Shown here piece after piece: positions 42,388 through 46,523 of a DNA stretch of 46,523 bases. This stretch comes from a virus. Position 1 is the first letter of the stretch, and each line of letters starts with the position of its first letter. Where the stretch lies: IMG/VR virus record IMGVR_UViG_3300048913_000213; one strand, 5' to 3'. The translations under genes were made by a program, and so were the position numbers. The notes under the pieces are model-generated. The model ran no database searches and was not told the DNA's origin. It saw only the letters and a program-made list of their open reading frames with translations.

Positions 42388-42749
42388 TCAGCGCGAAGCA
42401 TATTATGTAGATCAGACTGCAGCCATATCCAGCCGGATTCGAATCCGCTGTGAGGGACTTGAAAATATCTCAGCAAGTTCAAATTTTCTGCTAGAGCGTG
42501 TTCTATATCTGCTCCATTACTGTCTTCCCACCCTCGGAGCATCACCACAGCATCCGCATCCGCGATCTGCTTCACACTCAACCGCATATAGTACTGCCAC
42601 GGGTTCGGATGCCCTTTCGGTGGCGGCGGATTCTCCGCAGGATTCAGCACCGTATGCCCTGCCGCACGGAGAGCAGCTGCAGCTGCGTGGAAGGCGGGAT
42701 AGTTAGAGTCCGGGAGGCCGGACATTGGACCTGCGATGTAGATGATCAT
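42363..42749 (-). CDS. DUF4406 / nucleoside 2-deoxyribosyltransferase-like protein
   Basis: MIIYIAGPMSGLPDSNYPAFHAAAAALRAAGHTVLNPAE...ADAVVMLRGWEDSNGADIEH is the typical DUF4406 pattern (IYIAGPM.G....N...F......L...G..V.NP...W..S.GA..E). Confidence 0.65.
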   Translation of the reverse strand: MIIYIAGPMSGLPDSNYPAFHAAAAALRAAGHTVLNPAENPPPPKGHPNPWQYYMRLSVKQIADADAVVMLRGWEDSNGADIEHALAENLNLLRYFQVPHSGFESGWIWLQSDLHNMLRAECPKPWLR

Positions 42750-43396
42750 GGCTTGGCCCTCACTGGCGTGGCATCGGCTAATGGCTGCGCCTGTGCTGGC
42801 GATGGGGTATTAAGGCTTTCAAGGAAGGCATTGGCTTCATCGAGGGAATGAATGCTCCACTTCTTCGCTTCTTCGCGGGCTTCCTTATGCGCAGCGTCGA
42901 AATTGTGGTCATTCCATACAAATGCGAGCCAGAGCAGGCGGTACGCCATTGCCTTGACGCCTTCCGACACCTCCGCATCCTTGCTTGCTTGGGAGGCGAG
43001 AGCGGCGCGGAGTTCAGCGATTTCGGCATCCCGCGCTCGAATTTCTGGAACTGCGGTGCTTGCAAAAAGCCTCATGCGTTGACGCCACGTTTTGATGTTG
43101 GTCATATCACTCAGCTCCTCTTGCGCATGCTGCTGTGTGGCGGATGCGGGCTCCCCGTAGCTTTCGGCCACGAAAGCCAAAGCCGCCAGCACCGCATCGC
43201 GGGCCAAGTCGGCTTCATACGAAGACTGGGCAAAGGTAACAATACGGACATTGCCATCGGTCAGAATAGCTGAACCAAAATCCCTTTCAGGTCCTAGGAC
43301 AGTCTTCCCGAATGTAGCGGTGGCGGCAAGTGCTTTGGCTTTCGCAAGTGAAAGTTCCCACTCGGAAGGAGTTGGATCGGGGATTGCGGTAGACAT
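42746..43396 (-). CDS. Hypothetical protein (216 aa)
   Basis: ORF with a GGAGG RBS. It is the first gene downstream of island C and PIR copy 14. Confidence 0.5.
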   Translation of the reverse strand: MSTAIPDPTPSEWELSLAKAKALAATATFGKTVLGPERDFGSAILTDGNVRIVTFAQSSYEADLARDAVLAALAFVAESYGEPASATQQHAQEELSDMTNIKTWRQRMRLFASTAVPEIRARDAEIAELRAALASQASKDAEVSEGVKAMAYRLLWLAFVWNDHNFDAAHKEAREEAKKWSIHSLDEANAFLESLNTPSPAQAQPLADATPVRAKP

Positions 43397-44007
43397 TGAG
43401 CCTCCAGAAGGTTAATCGTTAATAGTTATAGCGCCATATTACCACGCCGTAATGTGGCCCTCAAACCGGCCACGCTCACCCCCACACTACCCCCTCACCC
43501 GCCAGCAGTCACTCTCTCCCACCCACAACTTCGAGGGCGCGGCCACACCTCACCACGCCGCAGCCCTCGCGTGTGCGCGCACAGGCGCTCGGGCGCCCCA
43601 CCCGCATACGCGCTGTTTTTAAAAACAGCCCCCTCCGGCTAGCGATTTCGGGATTGAACCGCTCTGACTCGCCACTAAGACTAACAGCAATTGAGCGACG
43701 GTCTGCGGCGCGTTAGCCCCTCCCCGGGCCGGATTTCCCCTCACGGCGCGGCAAAAGCTATGGCGCGGAGAGCGAACTGCTAACGGGCGCGAGGATGGGC
43801 CAGGGGTGCGAATGAAGAGGGTTTCGGCGGCACGAAATAGAGGCCCGTGGCGGCGTTTGGGGCATTGGCTGGTGGGGTAGTAGCCGCCGGGGAGGGATCG
43901 CGGCGTGGCGGTGCCATTCCGGCCCGTGGTGGGGCATTACCGATGTGGAGGCACGCCCCCAAACAACGAAACCCCCGGACAGGGGGGTTATCGGGCCACG
44001 TTACAGG
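43397..44007. other. GC-rich non-coding island C
   Basis: 611 bp with no credible ORF. PIR copy 14 lies at the left and a truncated half-PIR (43986..44004) at the right. The left part is C-rich and the right part G-rich. Contains an 18-bp AT palindrome at 43612..43629. Confidence 0.7.
43433..43458. repeat. PIR copy 14
   Basis: GCCATATTAC-cacgcc-GTAATGTGGC with left flank AGTTATAGC. Lies 36 nt upstream of the minus-strand ATG at 43396. Confidence 0.9.
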
Positions 44008-44280
44008 TCAGCGATGGCGGAGAGACTCCACTAACGCTTGCTCAACCATCGCCATATCGTAGCTGATGGGATCACGCATTGCCCTATCCACGATGTCTAG
44101 GGCGAGGAGGCGGACTGGCACACGCGAGAACAACATTACGATGTCTAGTTCCGATACATCCTCGGAGAGTTTGGATTGCCAATCCTTGCGCAGGAACCCC
44201 TGCAATTTGGGATCGTGCGCTGCGGATTCTAGAGCGTAGTTGTAAGCGCGCTCCATTGCGCGGGTGATGGTGGTGGTCAT
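44008..44280 (-). CDS. Hypothetical protein (90 aa)
   Basis: ORF with an AAGGAG RBS. Confidence 0.5.
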   Translation of the reverse strand: MTTTITRAMERAYNYALESAAHDPKLQGFLRKDWQSKLSEDVSELDIVMLFSRVPVRLLALDIVDRAMRDPISYDMAMVEQALVESLRHR

Positions 44281-44308
44281 AGCAGCTACTCCTTTGCGCG
44301 ATAGCGCG

Positions 44309-44530
44309 TTAGGCTTGGCGCGCTATCGCGCCGGGGTTGAGAGGGACGCTGCGCACGATGCGCACCGCGTCTAGCGGTACGTCATGATTGTCAGCGAGGA
44401 GGTTGGACACCGCGACATTGATGTCGGGTTCCGTGACCGCGCACAGGACAACAGCGCGCTTGGCGTTGCGATTGCCGGGGGCGATGGTGTCGATGTGGTA
44501 GGTCACGGCGAAGGCGTATGAGGGATACAT
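44309..44530 (-). CDS. Hypothetical protein (73 aa)
   Basis: Start set at the internal ATG 44530 (MYPSYAFAV..., GGGAG upstream). The longer ORF would overlap the next gene. Confidence 0.45.
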   Translation of the reverse strand: MYPSYAFAVTYHIDTIAPGNRNAKRAVVLCAVTEPDINVAVSNLLADNHDVPLDAVRIVRSVPLNPGAIARQA

Positions 44531-44534
44531 GGCG

Positions 44535-44714
44535 CTAGACTCCCAAGAGGATGTAACGGGTCGCTTCGAGGGACCACCCGCGATTGCGGAGGTATGCGGC
44601 GGCGGGGCGGGTTCCGAGGGTGCGCTGGATGTTGCGGGCACGCTCGATTGGGGTGCGGCCCTGTGTGAGCAGGGCATTGCGATGCGGGGCGGGGGATGAG
44701 GTGAGGTGTGACAT
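44535..44714 (-). CDS. Small HTH-like protein (59 aa), absent from the ORF track
   Basis: Hand translation gives MSHLTSSPAPHRNALLTQGRTPIERARNIQRTLGTRPAAAYLRNRGWSLEATRYILLGV. GGAGG lies upstream and PIR copy 15 lies 30 nt upstream. Confidence 0.45.
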   Translation of the reverse strand: MSHLTSSPAPHRNALLTQGRTPIERARNIQRTLGTRPAAAYLRNRGWSLEATRYILLGV

Positions 44715-44744
44715 GATGCAGTGCCTCCAATGAGGGGTTACGAG

Positions 44745-44770
44745 GCCACATTACCGGCTAGTAATGTGGC
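44745..44770. repeat. PIR copy 15
   Basis: GCCACATTAC-cggcta-GTAATGTGGC, perfect. Confidence 0.9.
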
Positions 44771-44799
44771 GCTATTACTATTGCAATCGCGGCTGCGCG

Positions 44800-45465
44800 T
44801 TAGACGTTGCGACCTGCACCGCGACGGTCTTTGCCGGTGCGAGCTTCACGCTCGGCGTCGGTTTCGTCGGAGTCGCTATCGCTATCGCCGTCCTCGCCCT
44901 CTTCCTCGTCCGTGTCACCATTGTGACCTTCCATCAGCCCATCGAGCAACGCATCGGTATCGACCTTCGACGTGTCGGTGTTTTCGGCTTGGATCAACCG
45001 GATCATTTCCACCACTCGAGGGTTCTTGCGGAGCGCGGCCACTTCTTCTTTCGACAGCTTGTCGAGGTAGGCCGTGATTTCGTCTTTGCTCTTCGTCGTG
45101 ATGCGCATCATGGCGCGGACGAGCAGACCACCCTTCGCGTTACCGCTCTCGCCATTGCCCCGGATCTTGTTCCATGCCGGGGTTTCACCGTTCGCCCCGG
45201 TGATGCGGTCGAAGATTTCGCGCACGGCGTTGAACTTGTCCACGATGGTGGCGGTGCGGCCGGTTTCTGGATCGCGGGCAATAGCCGCACCATCGACTAG
45301 CTTTTGTTTCAGGCCATGCATCGCGGCGGCGTGGTAGATTTCCTGCGAGAGCGTGGCGCTGTCGAGGGTGAGGGATTCGCCGTTGCTGAATGCGAGCGTG
45401 AGGCGAGTGCCGTCGATTGCGGCTGCTACGGCGGTCGAGGTTTTCTTTGGGGTTGCGGTTGCCAT
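44800..45465 (-). CDS. Early protein, paralog A of 40792..41409, with the VDTDALLDGL motif and an acidic tail
   Basis: Start set at ATG 45465 (MATATPKK, GGAG upstream). AAMHGLKQKLVD, GGLLVRAMMRITTKSKDEITAYL..EEVAALRKN and KVDTDALLDGL are followed by a D/E/S-rich tail. Confidence 0.6.
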   Translation of the reverse strand: MATATPKKTSTAVAAAIDGTRLTLAFSNGESLTLDSATLSQEIYHAAAMHGLKQKLVDGAAIARDPETGRTATIVDKFNAVREIFDRITGANGETPAWNKIRGNGESGNAKGGLLVRAMMRITTKSKDEITAYLDKLSKEEVAALRKNPRVVEMIRLIQAENTDTSKVDTDALLDGLMEGHNGDTDEEEGEDGDSDSDSDETDAEREARTGKDRRGAGRNV

Positions 45466-45611
45466 GGTTGCTGCTCCTATAACTAGTGGTAGGATGCACA
45501 GGCCGCGTTGCGGCGAGTGTGCGAGGCCGTATGCGACGGCTGGCGCTTGAGCGGATCGCCCGGTTAGCCTCATCGCAACGATGGCGACTGGCTAACCGTG
45601 GGAACCTCTCG

Positions 45612-45731
45612 TTAGGCTATGGCCTTGCGGAGGCGCTGCAGCTCTATCCATTCATCCGCCGTGATCTGGCAGGTGCGAAAGCGGTATTCCAGTTCTGTAA
45701 TGCGGGCTGCGATGGTGGCGGTGCGGTTCAT
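45612..45731 (-). CDS. Small ORF (39 aa), first ORF of the leftward early operon
   Basis: Hand translation gives MNRTATIAARITELEYRFRTCQITADEWIELQRLRKAIA. GAGGAG lies 7 nt upstream. Confidence 0.3.
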   Translation of the reverse strand: MNRTATIAARITELEYRFRTCQITADEWIELQRLRKAIA

Positions 45732-45781
45732 ATTCGTTGCTCCTCGTCGGTTGCGGCGCTGTGTTGTGAGCCGATGTAGTA

Positions 45782-45810
45782 ACTATACGTTATGGGGCCA
45801 CGGAATGCAA
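45782..45810 (-). promoter_or_regulatory. Sigma70-type early promoter (leftward)
   Basis: Minus strand reads TTGCAT-17 nt-TATAGT. The spacer contains a PIR half-site (GTTATGGGGCCAC on the plus strand, 45789..45801). Confidence 0.45.
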
Positions 45811-45901
45811 GCCCTCTTCGCAAATTATTTGTGTGGTATTTTCGCCACTGGATTTAGTAGTCGCAAAAGCTATAAGAGTAACGCGCTCCTCCGATTACCG
45901 G

Positions 45902-45927
45902 GCCACATTACTAGCCCGTAATGTGCC
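45902..45927. repeat. PIR copy 16
   Basis: GCCACATTAC-tagccc-GTAATGTGCC followed by GCCATAAC. Confidence 0.9.
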
Positions 45928-46396
45928 GCCATAACTCCCCGCCGCGCCCCGCCGACCACATGCACCGCGACGAGGGCAGAGGGCGTGAGCGGGTGTGGTG
46001 AGAGGGGAGCGGGGCATGGGGGTGCATTGCCGCCCTCTATCAGCAGTAACGCGCACGCCCACACCCGCGCACACGTAGCAATCGCCGTGCCTGCCCGCCC
46101 CTCCCAGCACGCTACCCTCCCGCCTCCGAGCCGCTCGCCCGTTACTGTATCGTGTGCGACCCTCTCGCAGCCGTCTCTCTCGCGTGGCATGGTGTCGTGT
46201 GCGGGCCTGTCGAGCCCGATGCGGGCGGCTGCGATGTGAGCGGGGGCGATTGCTTCCCGTGCGATGGGAGGGGGTAGCGGGCTGCGAGGGGGGTGGGGGA
46301 GGGGGAAACTGGAGTGTGGGATATTTGTGTAATGCACCGTCCAACATTTTTTTTAATTTTTTCCAGACCCTTGCCTCTCGGCAACACACTCACTCG
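45928..46396. other. GC-rich non-coding island D (continues across the circular junction to about nt 212)
   Basis: No credible ORF. Lies between the divergent early and late arms and is bracketed by PIR copies 16 and 1 within ~75-bp composite inverted repeats. Contains a G-tract cluster at 46266..46305 and a T8AAT6 tract at 46347..46362. Confidence 0.7.
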
Positions 46397-46523
46397 TCCG
46401 CTGCGCCCTCGTCCTCCAATTACCGCGCCACATTACAGCGGAGTAATATGGCCCCGAAATTCTGAGCCGCGAATCTCTTATAGCTTTTTCGCTACTGAAC
46501 TGGCCGCAAGCGACAGGCGACCA
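46397..46523. repeat. Terminal direct repeat, right copy, identical to 1..127 and including a duplicate of PIR copy 1 at 46427..46452
   Basis: Read directly; identical to the first 127 nt. Confidence 0.95.

Noticed and set aside
42435-42446. GGATTCGAATCC, reminiscent of a tRNA T-arm.
   Set aside because: It lies inside the well-supported DUF4406 coding sequence. It is a plain palindrome with an 8-nt loop geometry, and no acceptor, D or anticodon arms could be built around it.
31-46452. Could the palindromic repeats be a CRISPR array?
   Set aside because: The copies are separated by irregular distances of 0.05-7 kb that contain genes. They are not regularly interspaced with short unique spacers, and no cas genes are present.

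Overview
The window looks like one complete dsDNA phage genome. Bases 1..127 are repeated exactly at 46397..46523, so the unique length is 46,396 bp and the contig closes on itself.

Gene content points to a tail-less-tube, podovirus-like phage. I found no tape-measure or tail-tube gene, and the tail-hub and ejection-protein layout resembles P22, epsilon15 and BPP-1.

There are two divergent transcription arms:
- Plus-strand late arm, 213..26656: two HTH small-terminase-like paralogs, TerL, portal, a GroES-like protein, scaffold, capsid proteins, two adaptor-like paralogs, a hub, three internal or ejection proteins, a PurD-like ATP-grasp enzyme, tail fibres and a lysis cassette.
- Minus-strand early/middle arm, 45731..26964: many small ORFs, a DUF4406 protein, an SF1 helicase, a Cas4-like nuclease, a Sak4-like ATPase with a DUF669-like partner, MazG, a ParB-methyltransferase, a family A DNA polymerase with a UDG-like N-terminus, and an HNH-AP2 endonuclease.

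I recognised no tRNA, rRNA, CRISPR array, integrase, repressor, RNA polymerase or primase.

The most unusual content is non-coding:
- A roughly 40-bp palindromic element (GCCACATTAC-N6-GTAATGTGGC) is present at 16 unique, strictly intergenic sites.
- Four GC-rich non-coding islands of about 0.3-0.65 kb are each bracketed by copies of that element. They contain iteron-like repeats, shared modules and long inverted repeats.

All family calls come from motifs read by eye in the supplied translations. No database search was possible.
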